Shown: positions 22,727 to 37,030, counted from the first letter of the stretch. The stretch is DNA of 64,000 nt from Torpedo marmorata (GCA_977017645.1 OZ360237.1:8742001-8806000); one strand, 5' to 3'. Notes: generated by a model not told the origin, from the letters alone. Numbers and translations: made by a program.

Positions 22727-24480
22727 TATGTGCAAGTTAAGTTAATTTGTTCAATTGCAATATGTAAATCAGCTACATATACAGTATCCTTAAAATATAT
22801 AATATCACTGAACATGTCATGGGTGAAGTATAATCTAATGCAACTGATATTTTACCTTGTTGTTTGACCCTTTGTTTTAAAATATAACCCTTTATGTCAC
22901 ATTAATAAAATATTACATCTCAGAGTTTTATGGCAGATGACAGACTTTGTTGGGTTTATGATAGTGCATGAGTTTGAAAGTCACTGAAGCCAATATGAAG
23001 GTGAAAATTGCATACCAGACCATAAACAGCTCAGATTCAGAGAAACCTTTGGTCAATATTGGCTGAAGTAATTTGGAAAGTTCATTTTGTGAATATTTGA
23101 ACTTCGCATGTAAAATCCTCCAGTATGCTACAGCAGGAGAAACTTGCATTTATATAAAGACTTACCACACCTGATAGAAACATCACCAAGTATACTAAAC
23201 CACCTTGAAATGCAAAGATAATAGTGCTGCAGTGTATTAGTACTTTGATGATGTTTTACATTTAAGTGGAATTCTGTTAGCGTTTGGTATTTAAATAATA
23301 GATATATTGTTTGCAAAGAATTTCTCTCAGGCTTTCAATGGAAGAATAAAAGGACCAATCCAAGCACACGGGAAAATTTTATGTACCTTTTATTTATCAA
23401 TCAATCTTGGTGTCTAATTTGGGTGATTGGCCGTCTTTGTGGGGCAAAAAACTAGCACAATTCAAGTTTTGTTCCTTAATTCATTGTGCTTATTTCTTGA
23501 CCTTTGAACGGGGTATCTAATTAAGCCTTGTGAAAAAAATTAATGAGGCTTAAAGCCTTTAGAAGAACCCTTTAAACAATTATTTCCCATTGAACGGTGC
23601 AGGTATTGAGAATTTATATCAATTTTGAAGCCTCTATTTACGATGTCAGAGTATCAGAAATGTTCTCCTGTTGCTCCAAGTGTCATGATCTTTCCTAAAG
23701 AATCCCTCCACAACTGTCATCCTTCACGGAACTACAGCTACATTTGGTAAAAAAATATCTGTGTTATCTGCAAGTCCTTTCTCTTCAACAAATCAAAATA
23801 AGGATTGCAGCAATAAAAACCTATGCAAGAATTTGCCTTTGCTTTCTCGCCTGTCAGACTCCAGTTCCCTGGAGCAATTCCACTGATTTAACATCACTCA
23901 GTTTCATTTTTCTCTCTTGTTTAATAATGTGCAGTTCACTCTGCCCAGCTTTGATTTAGACAACCTGCTTCTCTTGAAAGGGACCAATTCATTTGATCAG
24001 AAGCTTTCTCGTATTTTTCCTATTGTGTGAGATGAGAAGTAGAGTCGTGTAGTGGCCTGCCTGTCACTTTTGTCTGAATAGGTAATATCGTCTTGTTCAG
24101 CTGAAGAGGCAGGAGCACGAATCACTTGTTAGGCCACATGATCAAAAGTCACTCTCCTGCTTTTTCCCAATCTGTCCTCCCACTGCCCTGCTTGGCAGAC
24201 ATGAAATAGATTTTCCTTCATCTTGTGAATGTACTGAGCTAGCTCAACATTTGAAATGTTAACAAAATTTAAAAGACATTGCTGGGTCATTTATTTAGCA
24301 CTGTGTCTTTTTGGCCTATGAGGCGATTTCAGAAAACTTAAGCTATTACTGATTTTAATATGGGTGGGAGTACTTTTCAATTTGATGTTGACTTGTTACC
24401 ATTCTCAAAATCTTAATTGCGGTACATAGAAACTGAAGAAGAAGCTTATTTCGACCATTGTTGCTGTTGGTCCATCATTG

Positions 24481-24591
24481 ATAAAGGGTCCCATCAATAG
24501 CACAGGGTTATAAAGGGTTATAAAGGGTCCCGTCAATAGCACAGGGTTATAAAGGGTTATAAAGGGTCCCGTCAATAGCACAGGGTTATAA
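24481..24591. repeat. 39-bp tandem repeat, about 2.8 copies
   Basis: Unit ataaagggtcccgtcaatagcacagggttataaagggtt starting at 24481, 24520 and 24559. Confidence 0.9.
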
Positions 24592-25816
24592 TGGTGGCCC
24601 TGCAATACTATCTGCTTAAGTCAACCACAGATCTGCATGTTTGCACTTAAGCAATAAGTAATAGACATTATTGGCTCTTATCATTACTTTAGATGTTTGG
24701 ATAATCTTGATATTTTAATTGGAAAGGAGCTGAGTTTAGAACCTAAAGATAATATGCTGTCATATCTGTTGTTCTATCTGCTTCCTCACTATCCATTTTG
24801 TTACTGGGATGCTCACCACGAGGATTCACATTCCTTTAAAAGGCATTTGAAAAGGAAATAGTTCGTTCTTTTTAAAATCGTAAACAAGGCTATCACTGTT
24901 ATTAAACAAACACCGTCTTTTTGATTTCTATATTACCAGTGTTCTCTTCTTGAGTGTCGATTCTGTGCCCAGTTAATTTCTTTGTACTTTGGGTGACATC
25001 ATTGAGATAGTGTCATATTTGGATGTGGCCCAGGCTCTTCCAGCCATTGTGTGGCTTCAAATGGGCAAGTGGGACAATGCAAGTCTTTTCAAACATTATG
25101 ATAAAATCTTTATTTGAAGGAAAAAGAAGATCTTTTAAAAACACAAAATACACTGTAAGTGAAATGCCTTAAAATGGAACATTTCAGCTTTAAGTAACTT
25201 TATACAATGGATTTAAAGTTTGCAGCTGGTCCTCAGACTTGTTCTTTAGAACGCATCCATGTAAGCCTTCCACTGTTTCAAATTCTGTTTAATTAAAGGC
25301 TAGTATTCATTGCCGAATGCTGCATGCCATTTTATCTTTCATCCCCTTCTCCTTCTGCCCTGGGTTGTCAACGTCTCATTGCTACATTCCTCATGTTCCC
25401 TCCCTTTTTCCATCTTATTGCAATCGTCTTGCACCTGTGAGGATTGAGATAATGCATTCATTAACCAAGTTCTTCATTTACAAAGAAAAGTAAACCTTTG
25501 AATGTGCTTCCTCTCTTTGCTGAAGACACTGGGTATTTCCAGAGACATTTGTCAGCCACTGGTGCCATGCTGAAATGATTATTCTGCATACATGAGCCCA
25601 GAAAATGAGCAGCAGCAAATTAACACATGTCGGAGGAGTGCAAGCCCTAATTGTCTACCAACCAGAAATTAAGACTAATGCTCTTTTCAGTTAGGTCACA
25701 AAAATTGGAAGCCTATCTGACAATCCTTGAACCCACTTTCTTTCGTCATCAGAAACTTTAAAGCCAAAAGTAATGCTTCTATAGCCCTTAGTAGAGTTAT
25801 CAGACTTGCTCTAGAC

Positions 25817-26074
25817 CAGCCATTCTCAACCTTTTTTTGACCATGGCGCCCTTGGGACTCTGCTCGAAGTTTATAGGCCCCCTTCCATGTGTAGCAGACA
25901 AGTTTTGGTTTCTTCCGTACTTCTCTCCTACCGACTATATTATAAAAAATCAGAAAAAATACTCATGTTATGTGAGGTGAAAAGAAAACGAGGCTTTTAC
26001 TTAAATGCCCTGTGGCCCCTGGTTGAGGGGGGGAGGGGCATAGAACCCCCCCCCACCTCAGTTGAGAATGTCTG
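25817..26074. mobile_element. hAT-Charlie-like MITE (258 bp)
   Basis: TIRs cagccattctcaac / gttgagaatgtctg (13 of 14 match); 8-bp TSD ctctagac / ttctagac fitting the NTCTAGAN preference of Charlie-type hATs. Confidence 0.88.
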
Positions 26075-27070
26075 TTCTAGACTATGGATCAAGCCAGAGA
26101 TATTCTTTGATCGAATGCTTGATTATCATACCAGGAACGCAGACACCAAATTGTATCTTGACCAACTTGGAAAACAAATTTTAAAAATGGTAAAACAAAA
26201 TGATGCCAAATTAAGGCAGATGACAATGGAAGATTGAGATTTAAGACAGTAGTCTAATTGTACCGTTATTATATCCTTACCGTGGTCTGTTTTTAAGGCA
26301 AAGAGTACAAGGGTCACAGTTTATAGCTGAGGGTGACACACTGGCACTCGCCATTAACTAATGAAAAATGCATGGACATGTCCTTTGTGCAATCTGCAGT
26401 AAAGATCTGCTGGCGAGTAAGGTCCTGATCCAATATGGAAAGCCATTACATAGCGTCTTGTCCTTAAATGATGTAATGCCGTCACATGGATGGGCTAGAA
26501 CAAGGCCAGCTAATAAATCACGTGAAACATATTTTGATAGTTGGCGCTAGCTTGTTACTTTGCCAATTATTAAACCTCTCAAGAACTTTGAAGACTTCTA
26601 AATGGCTGTGACTTCAGAAACACAAATCTATTATAAAGTAAACAATTAAAATAAACCCATTAAAAACAATTTAAAGACTTTTATATACTTCTAACTAGTT
26701 GTTAACATTAAAACGAACTTCTATCTTTTACCTCAAACATTCCACTTGCCTTTCTCCATCGCAGTTGTTACTTTCCATTCAAATGAATGAGTCTGCTATC
26801 CTTGCAATGGTTGAACCATGCAAGTTCAGCCAGCAGAGTCCCTGACAAAACTGGTGAGAAACTCAGCAAGTTTGTGCTGTGCTCTATCTTTGGACTCTGA
26901 CATCAGAGTGCATTCAACAAATTGCCCCCAATACCTGGCTAACAAGTTTGGGACTTATTTTTGTGTATAGGTGTCCCAAACTTCCTGCTTGTTTATGTGG
27001 AAGCAAATATTGAAATTTCCCACCTATTTCCAGTGCCATTTAATTGAATTAAGCACTGATTCAATTAAGC

Positions 27071-28798
27071 ATTGAGTCACTTTCAGGACAGCAAGGACAC
27101 GCGACGCATGTGGAAGGGCATTCAAGATATCACTAACCACAAGACTACACCATCTGACTGTGCTGGTGATGCCTCCCTCCCAGATGCACTGAACAACTTC
27201 TACGCGCTTTTTGAGGCGAAAAATGATGTAGTGGCAAAGAAGACAACCCCTCCTCCAAATGATCAGGTGCTGTGTTTCACAGTGGCCGACGTGAGGAGAG
27301 TGCTAAGCAAGGTTGACCCACAGAAAGCTGCTGGGCCAGATAACATTCCCGGCAGAGTGCTCAGGGGATGTGCGGCCCAGCTGGCTGATGTTCTCACCGA
27401 CATCTTTAACATCTCCCTAACCAGTGCCGTGGTACCAACGTGCTTCAAAGCCGCTACCATCATCCCTGTGCCGAAGAAGTCGACGGTGTCCTGCCTCAAT
27501 GACTACCGCCCTGTCGCACTCACATCTACCGTCATGAAGTGCTTCGAGAGGCTCGTCATGAGGCACATCAAGCTTCTGCTGCCCCCCTCACTGGACCCCC
27601 TGCAGTTCGCATATAGATCAAACCGCTCCACAGATGATGCCATCATTACCACCCTCCACCTAGCCCTCACCCACCTGGAAAATAAGGACACGTATGTTCG
27701 AATGCTGTTTATTGACTTCAGCTCGGCATTCAACACGATCATACCTCAGTACCTGATAGGGAAGTTGAGCGGGGCTGGGCCTAAACTACACCCTCTGTAA
27801 TTGGATCCTAGACTTCCTGACGGGAAGACCTCAGGCAGTCCGGATTGGAAATAGCACTTCCAAGGTCATTACATTGAGCACGGGGGCTCCACAGGGCTGT
27901 GTGCTTAGTCCATTGCTGTTCACCCTGCTGACTCATGACTGTGCAGCAAAACACAGCTCGAATCACATCATAAAGTTTGCTGATGATACAACCGTGGTGG
28001 GCCTTATCAGTAAGAATGATGAGTCAGCATACAGAGATGAGGTGCAGTCACTAATGGAATGGTGCGGAAACACAACCTGCAGCTGAACGTGAACAAAACA
28101 AAAGAGTTGGTTGTCGACTTCAGAAGGGCCCGGGGGGTTCATTCTCCTTTGACCATGGACGGCTCTACCATTGAGGTCGTAAAGAGTACCAAGTTTCTTG
28201 GAGTGCACTTGGCGGAGAGTCTCAGCTGGTCCCTAAACACCAGTTCCATAGTCAAGAAAGCCCAGCAGCGTCTTTACTTCCTGCGAAGACTGAGGAAAGT
28301 TCATCTTCCACCCCCTATCCTTACTACATTCTACAGGGGATGCATTGAGAGTATTCTGAGCAATTGCATCACTGCTTGGTTTGGAAACTGTACCACCTCG
28401 GACCGAAAGACCCTGCAGAGGATAGTGAGGGCAGCGGAGAAAATTATTGGAGTCTCTCTCCCCACCATGACAGACATTTACAACGCACGATGCATGAGGA
28501 AGGCTAAAAACATTGTGAAGGACTTCTCACACCCCTTTGGTAAACTGTTTTCCTCCTTGCCATCTGGAAGGAGGTACCGAAGCACTCGGGCTCGCACGTC
28601 CAGACTGTGCAACAGTTTTTTCCCCCAAGCCATCAGGCTCCTCAATTCCTAGATATATATGTGTATTAGCATGTTATAGTTTTTTCTATTGTATTATGAT
28701 ATTTATGTACATCAGCCCATGGTCCTGGAGAAACGCTATCTTGTCTTACTGTGTATATGGTAATGAACGACAAATAAAGGTGACTTGACTTGACTTGA
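27071..28798 (+). mobile_element. Young 5'-truncated Rex1/Babar LINE with (GACTT)n tail
   Basis: ORFs 27072..27800, 27874..28086 and 28059..28652 together cover the RT ([60 protein letters not shown]) with two apparent frameshifts; tail gacttgacttgacttga. Confidence 0.94.
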
Positions 28799-28959
28799 TT
28801 ATTGAATCACTTTCTCCCCATATTAATATGCTGATTCATCGCCTCATGCCGACACAGATTCGCACACACTCACATGCACTCACAGATATTCGCACTCTCA
28901 CCTCACTGAAAAATTAGTCACTGTGATAAGTTTAAGCACTAGTGAACAATTACAACACT

Positions 28960-29212
28960 TTCCTGTCAGAGAGCTACCCTCTCCCCTATCACTTCTCAGC
29001 TTTTTTCTCTGATTCACTTATGACCTCTTACCTATTAGCCTATGCTTCTCTCTCCTCTCCTCCCACCCTGTCACCCCACCTTTTTATTCAGACGCCTGCC
29101 TGTTTTTGCTCATACATTGATGAAGGGCTCAGCCCTGAAATGTTGGTTACCCTCTACTTCCTATGGGTGCTGCGTGACCTGCTGAGTTTCACCAGCACAA
29201 TTGTGCATTGAA
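28960..29212 (+). mobile_element. Penelope-like 3' terminal region with decayed hammerhead-like motif
   Basis: cataca-ttgatga-a-gggctcagccct-gaaatgtt-ggttacc, then gctgcgtgacctgctgagtttcaccagca. Confidence 0.75.
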
Positions 29213-30772
29213 CAATTAAAATATCCTATTTAAACAGTGTTTGAATGTTGACTTTGTGGTGACAGTGCAATCACAATGGCAATTTAATGCTGATATTTTT
29301 TTTAAAGTTAGCGTCTTGTATCCTCTTTGTCTAAAATTAGGAGTATCTTCTTAAAAAGTCTTATTAGATGTATCAGTATAGCACAAAGGCTGCATAAGCT
29401 TTAAATTGAGATGAAAATTTTTATACATAATAATGTTTCATGACCGATTGTTGATGATGTAATGGATGATCTTGCACTGAGATAACAGAAAATTGGCAAA
29501 ACTGGAACATTTAAATCAGCATGAAGTCCTTAGTATTTTTTATTGGCCTTTTATTTGGCAGGCGCATGCACAAATGCAATTGACTTTTAATTCAATATAC
29601 ATTCTGAGGAACTCACTTTAACTAATGGTATTCACACTTGTCAATTGGATTTTCTGATTCTTCTCTTCATTAACGTGCACTGAAGTATGTTAAGACAAAT
29701 AACATACAGTAATGGGTCGTAGCCACAACTGCTTTCACGAGATTATGGGATATAGAAAGAAGGGCTAGGGTTGCAATGGAGGATATGGGGACATTTTCAA
29801 TAAGAAAGGCTGAGGAATGATTGTTTGGTGGGTTGGAAAAAAATTGGTATGCTCTTAATATCTAAACCTAGCTAGAATCTCACTTTAGATTGTAACTTAT
29901 CTTTTTCGTTCAAGTGTGGATGAAGGTGCTGCCCCATTCCTTTTTCTCAGATTGTAATTCTGATTTATTGAGTTTCCATTAAAATTGATAAAATGGATAC
30001 CCTAATAATAGTCCTCACGTTGGTTTTCAATATCCGTGCTGTATTATTTTCTTGAAAATGGGAAATAATTTTTGTTTCAAACTAATTTTTAGTGAGAATG
30101 TTTCGTGTCTCAGAGGAAGGAAATTTGATTCTCCTTCACCCTATCCATTGCAAGTTGAGAAGAAATGGTGTTACTTTTAACCTTTAAGTTGGTCTCCAGT
30201 GGAAATGTCCCTCTCGCAAGTCATGGTGCAAGTCTGCTTTTCTGCTGTATGTGAGAGCCACTAGCAGCAGCATTAATTGTATTGTAATAGGACCTTGAAC
30301 CAGTTAGTGACAGTTATTTGCTTTTTATATTTTTTTAAGAAAAAGGGCTTGTTTTTGAACTTCACCTTCAATCTAGTAATTGCTGTCTCGTCTTCCCTTG
30401 GTAAAATTTCGGTCTCCTTGTCAGTCCAAGTCTGATTATATGTTTGGGAAGTGAACCTTATCTGCACACAATAATCACTAAGATGGCTACTGTCCAGAGA
30501 GCACTGATATTGTCAATTATTTTTATATTAATAACCTGAAATATACCATTATATAATGGAGTCTAGATCAGGCATATCTAGAATTTTTTAAAAACTGAAA
30601 TATCAGTGTGAGCGAGAACAGATGTTGATGTTTTTGACTTTATCTGTTGTGATCCCATGTGCAGAGGTCAGGAAGGGCAAATGCTAGGAATTGTGCTTAA
30701 CATGACAAGATTGCCCGTGTAGCATTTCTCAGAGGTAGAGCTAAAAAAAAATCTTCTCTTCAAAATACTTTC

Positions 30773-30815
30773 AATGCATAAGGACATTCCACAAATGCAT
30801 AAGGACATTCCACAA
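30773..30815. repeat. 21-bp tandem duplication
   Basis: aatgcataaggacattccaca occurs twice in tandem. Confidence 0.85.
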
Positions 30816-33254
30816 GGCCACAAGGTTTGCATGACAGATGTTTAAATGTCACATAACAGAACTGAAGGAAACAGAGCAAATAATGTGGCTCCATGAAGAG
30901 AATGCAAATTCTGGGAAAATAGTATGGCTTGTTTTCAGGATAAATGCTGGCTGAAGCAGATTTCCTATTTTACTGCATTTGGGGCTTAGGGGGTTAAGGG
31001 GTAACCCACTATTCAATTTTGTGTTGCTGGCCGTTGTTAGTTCCTAATCCATTATTCCCTATCTCTCTTAATGGCAATAACTCATGTTGGGATTTGAGTT
31101 GTGGGTACCAAACACCTCAGGTTACCTTTCCAAGCATGAAAACTATAAGTTCTGCTGGACAATGCAGCTAAATCTTTTCTCATCTTTTGATCATGTATAT
31201 TTACTTAAAAGCATGTGGTAATCCAACGTAATCAGATGGTATGATGCTGGTCTGTTGAATGGAGTGAATCTCATAATGTAACTTCGAGAAGAGGCTAGGA
31301 GATATCCTGATGCATGTAAAATAGCTGTCTGTTTGTTAAATTCTCAGGGGATTCCTCAGATGCCCCGCTGAAGTTATAGCAGGAAACTAGAATAATGATC
31401 CCCATAGAAATTCCATACAATTACCGTATATTTAGCCAATAAGCTCATAGTTTACTGTACCCTTGATCTTAATTAATGTACGTCTGTCTGACAGGGCACA
31501 CTCAAATCTGAACTATCTGATGCTGAGACACTTTTTATCTTTCTAGGTAGACTTAAATTTAACCCAAAATTCAATTTATTTTGGATTGATCATGCTGAAT
31601 TTGTGTCCGTCAATGCATTGTGCAATATATTGTTCCAAATCCTCTGTATAAAATACTCATTGAAACATAATAAGTCTATAGTGAATGATCCAGCAGATTT
31701 TATTCTCCAATGGGACACAAAGAGCTAATTCAAACAAGAACTGAGAGTTGCTGGATTCATTACCAGAGCCATTCATATATGGTGGCAGTGGACTCTCTTT
31801 TAACATTTATTTTACATAAACAATAGAATTCTGAGTTTGTTTTTGAAACATCACATTGTTCAGTTTTTTTATACTAGTCCTTTTAGAAATTCAAAAATCT
31901 TTCACAAGTTATTTCCAGGTAACTTAATTATTTCCAACCTTGTGTAATAATTATTTGCAAAATATAACGCTAATGTATTTTTAATTTTGATGCTGGGCTA
32001 TTCTTAAAAAATAAAGATTTTTTTTTCTCCATGATCATGCAGACTGCCAACAGTTACTGCCTGGGTTCAGACACAAGGGCTTAACATGTGGACAAAATAT
32101 CTATTGAATATTATCTAATCTCTAAGAAGATTAAGCAAAAATAGAAAGTAATAAAAAGTCTAACATTTATGTAAAAAATAAAAAAAATAATTTATTTTAA
32201 TAAAATCCTTTCTAGGGCTTTTATCATGTCCTTTTATTGATTGCATAGTTCGAGATTTCTGAAGATCCCAACGTACTATTAATTGATGGTTGTACATTCC
32301 AAGATAGCATTAATGAAGTGATTAATGGTGTACAAAATAGAAAATGCTTTGAGAAATCCTCCAATCAGCTTTAACCCAGAGAACCAAAAACAGACCTTGG
32401 CCAAAATGCAGACTTATAGGCAGTATAACATCCAATTAATGCTGCTGTTACATTTCCCATGCAGAAAAATGTTAAAAATGTGGCTCTGATAGGCAAAATT
32501 GGTGAAGGCCACTGGCATTGGTGGGAAGGCCACAGAAAAAAAAGACAGAGAAGTTTAGCCCAGAAGAACTCTTTTGTCCTTCTGAAGAATATTTTAGACT
32601 CCCAGATGGACTTTTGTGTTTGGTCCAGCTGCAGATTTCACTTCCCCACCCACACACTGGTTTCTTGGAGTCCTATTGACATACTACATGTCAGATTTTG
32701 ATTAATTTATGAGGCTCAGGCAGATGCCATGCAAGTTTTTATTAGGATTTGGAACAAGAACTGGCATGATTTTAACTGGCTACTTGGTTGATTTCCACTT
32801 GAGTTAAAACTCTGTCAACAATGTGGACCCCAATTTAAAATGTAAAAGTGATTTTTTTGTCTGGATGTCTGAGTTAGTTTATAAGTGTGGAATTGATTTA
32901 TATAAACCAGAATCATTCAAGCTTAAACCCCCAATCTATGTTGAATCAAGTTCAGGTTGTACAGTACAATTCACTATCCCTGATAGAAAAAGTTGCACTC
33001 AAGGCACCGGTTATTAATTTTATCACTATTCAATTGTTTCTGCTGGAAGGAATGCGAGATGATGTTTGAGTTGAACTTGCTTACTACAGTAGCAATAGAT
33101 GAATGGACTGTCAATATTAACTGCCTGGAGTTATAGATAGAATGTGGCTGCTTTGGTGAGATTCTACAAGGCAGTCATTCACTGCAGTAGTATATTAGCA
33201 ACATTACAGGACAAATTTAGAGTAAAGCTAACACTTTTAAATCCACATTTTAAG

Positions 33255-36102
33255 TTGCAACATGAGTATGAGCAGACACTCAGCACACTTACACATCGCG
33301 GAGGATTTAAAGGGACAGCGCACAGACCACTTAAACACCGCGGGAACTACCAGCAGCGGACCCACGGGCCAGGTAAAAAAGACCCGATCACGTGGATGCA
33401 GAGGGGGGCTACAGGTTAAGCTGAGACGCGGGGACCTGAAGCTTCTGCTCCCTCCTGGCCAACGTACAATCCTTGGAGAACAAACTTGACTAACTCGAAG
33501 CCAGACTTCAACATCAGAGGGTCATCAGGGAGTGCTGCGTGATGTGCTTTACAGAAACAGGGCTAAACGCGGACATTCCGGACGCTACAGCCCAAGGGCT
33601 ACACCCTCCATCGCGCTGACCGAACACTGGCGTCTGGAAAAACCAGGGGTGGTGGCGTTTGCGTCATCATCAATTCATCGTGGTGCACAGACGTGACGGT
33701 CATGTCCCAGTCCTGCTCCCCCGACCTGGAACATCTGGTGATCAAGTGTCGCCCATTCTACCTGCCGAGGGAGTTCACCGCCATCATCCTGGTCGCAGTG
33801 TACATTCCGCCCCAGGCTAACGTCAGGCTGGCACTGGACGGACTGAGCACTGTGATAAACAGCCATGAGACAGCACATCCTGATGCCTTCCCGATCATTG
33901 TGGGAAACTTCAATCAGGTCAATCTGAAGAAGTCTCTGACAAACTACCACCAACACGTCACATGCGAGACAAGGGGAACCAACACACTCGACCACTGCTA
34001 CACCACCGTGAAGAACGCATACCGAGCCATACCACGACCACACTTCGGCAAGTCTGATCACCTGACTGAAGTCGAGGGAGGCGGAGGGGCGTCTGCAGGA
34101 CTGCTTTGAATCGGTGGACTGGAACATATTCAAGAACTCATCCATAGACCTGAATGAATATGCAACAGGTGTCACCGACTTCATCAACACCTGCGTGGAT
34201 GAGTGTGTGCCCATACACAAATATCGGGTGTTCCCCAACCAGAAGCCCTGGATGAATCAGAGAATTTTCAACCTGCTGAGGGCAAGAACAAGGGCGTTTA
34301 AGGCCGGGGATCGAGATCTTTACAAGAAGTCCAGGCACGACCTGCGGAAGGCCATCTCTGAAGAAAAGTGGCAATTCCAGAGGAAACTAGAGACAGAGAC
34401 AGATACACGCCAGCTATGGCAGGGAGTGCAGGCCATTACAGCCTACAAAGCGAGGGCGAACACTATAGACGGCTGTGATGCTTCACTACCCGATGAGCTG
34501 AACACCTTCTATGCCCGCTTTGAGAAGAAGAACCAAACAGTGCCTACTAGAATCCCTGAAAAGGCTGAGGACCCTGTGATATCGGTCTTGGAGGGTGACG
34601 TCAGAGCATCATTCAAGAGGGTGAACCCTCGCAAGGCGTCAGACCCTGACGGCGTACCTGGCAGGGTACTGAAGATCTGCGCCAACCAACTAGCCGGAGT
34701 GTTCACGAACATTTTCAACCTCTCATTGTGGCAGGCAGAGGTTCCCACCTGCTTCAAAAGGGCATCAATCATCCCGGTACCCAAGAAGAGTAGTGTGAGC
34801 TGCTTCAACAACTACCGCCCAGTAGCACTAACTTCTACTGTGATGAAATGCTTTGAGTGGCCAGAATGAACATGTACCTAAGCAAAGATCTGGACCCACT
34901 GCAATTCGCCTATCATCACAATCGCTCCACAGCAGATGTAATATCGTTGGCTCTCCACTCAGCTCTGGATCACCTCAAAAACAGCAATTCATACATACGG
35001 CTGCTCTTCATCGACTACAGCTTGGCCTTCAATACCATTATTCCCACAGTGCTGGTCAAGAAGCTACAAACTCTAGGCCTCTGTACCCTACTCTGCAACT
35101 GGATCCTTGACTTTCTCATCGGAAGACCACAATCAGTACGAATTGGAAACAATGTCTCCTCCTCACTGATTATCAACACAGCCGCACCCCAAGGATGTGT
35201 ACTTAGCCCACTGCTCTACTCATTATACACCCATGACTGTGTGGCCAGGCACAATTCCAATGCCATCTACAAGTTTGCCGATGACACCACAGTTGTCGGC
35301 AGAATCACAAACGGCAATGAGGAAGCGTACAGGAGGGAGATAGATCAGCTCGTTGAATGGTGTAACGACAACAACCTTGCGCTCAATGTCAGCAAAACCA
35401 AGGAAATGATTGTGGACTTCAGGAGGAAGTCAGGGGAACACGACCCAGTCCTCATCGAGGGCTCAGTCGTGGAGAGGGTCAAGAACTTCAAATTCCTGGG
35501 TGTCAACATCTCCGAGGATCTGTCTTGGAGCCTCCACGTTGATGCAATCACAAAGAAGGCTCGCCAGCGGCTATACTTAGTGAGGTGTCTGAGGAGATTG
35601 GTATGTCAACGAAGACTCTTTTAAACTTCTACAGGTGTACCGTGGAGAGCATTCTGGCTGGTTGCATCACTGCCTGGTGGAGGCGCCAACTCTCAGGACA
35701 AGAATAAACTCCAGAGGGTTGTTAACTCGGCCTGTGACATCACAGGCACCAGACTTCACTCCATTGAGGACATCTACATGAGGCGGTGTCTTAAAAAGGC
35801 AGCCTCTATCCTCAAAGATCCCCACCACCCAGGCCATGCCCTCTTCACTCTGCTACCAGCGGGAAAAAGGTACAGGAGCCTAAAGACGAGCACTCAATGG
35901 CACAAGGACAACTTCTTCCCCGCTGCCATCAGATTCCTGAATAATCAATGAACCAAAGACTTTTCGTGCACTATTATTTATATTTTTTTATAGTAATGTC
36001 GCAAGATGGTTATAATATGAATGTTTGCACTATGATGCTGCCGCAAAACACCGAATTTCATGACTTGTTCATGACAATAAATAAATTCTGATTCTGATTC
36101 TG
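33255..36102 (+). mobile_element. Near-full-length Rex1/Babar LINE (APE endonuclease + RT), disrupted
   Basis: EN remnants (LLANVQSLENKL, CFTET, CRPFYLPREF, VYIPP, GNFN, TLDHCY, GKSDH), linker and RT ORFs 34114..34869 and 34857..35624, and (ATTCTG)n tail at 36085-36102. Internal deletion after SDHL and several frameshifts. The 5' boundary is approximate. Confidence 0.93.
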
Positions 36103-36529
36103 AAAATAGTTATCATCAATTAATAAATGGGTTTAAATCAAAATATCATAAGCTGAGTTTCTAAAACAATCAGTCAGAACAAGAATTTTAGAGTGGTAAA
36201 CTGCCGAAACATCTGTTGATGCTTTGGTAATTCCTGGGTACAGTGGCAGAGTGGTTAAGTTATTGAACGAGCAGCCAGATCTCTGGATTGTTGATCCAGA
36301 GACAGGAGTTTGAACCGCACCATTCCAGCTGGGGAATTTAAATTTAAGTAATTCAATAAAAAAAACATAGGATTAAACTACTCGATTGTCAAAAAACAAA
36401 ACATCTGGTTCAAATGTGCTGTAATCCTTTTCAGCTTATCCATTCTGACCTACATTTTTGTCTAAACTATCAACATAATTGACTGCTATCAGGTGTAGGG
36501 CAGAGGATTGCCACGATACTGAGAAACAA

Positions 36530-37030
36530 GAAAATATAAATGTAAGAGAAAAAGAATGCCAAATGGCCTCATGTGCCTGCTGTACTGTTCAATGATCATG
36601 ATCTGATCTTTGGCCTCCAATCCACTTTTCTGCTCTATCTCCACGTCCATTAATTCCCCCAGAGTGTAAAAATGTATCTCAGCTTTCATTATACTCAAGC
36701 AATCAGCATCTATAGCTCTCTTGGGTAGAGAATTTCAAATATTTGAACTCTGTGAGAGAAGTAATTCATTTTACTGTCGGTCTTTTGTTACTAACCCCTT
36801 AACCTGAGGGCATATCCCTTAGTTCTACACTCACTAATCAAGGAAAGCCTCCTTTACAGCATCCAACCACCACCCTCCACCATGCTTCCCTCCAAAATCT
36901 CAGAACTTTCACTGATACCTCTCATTCTTCTAAACTCACAATTTAATCCCATTCTACCCAATATATACTCAAAGAAAATGCCCCCTCATCACAGAACAAC
37001 CTTTTCATTCACAGGAAGCAATTCATTGAA
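36530..37030 (-). mobile_element. Old CR1-type LINE 3' relic
   Basis: tggcctcatgtgcctgctgtactgttcaatgatcatgatctgatc...ggtagagaatttcaaa...tgtgagagaagtaattc is the reverse complement of the kind of sequence at 37645-37893. Confidence 0.55.
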
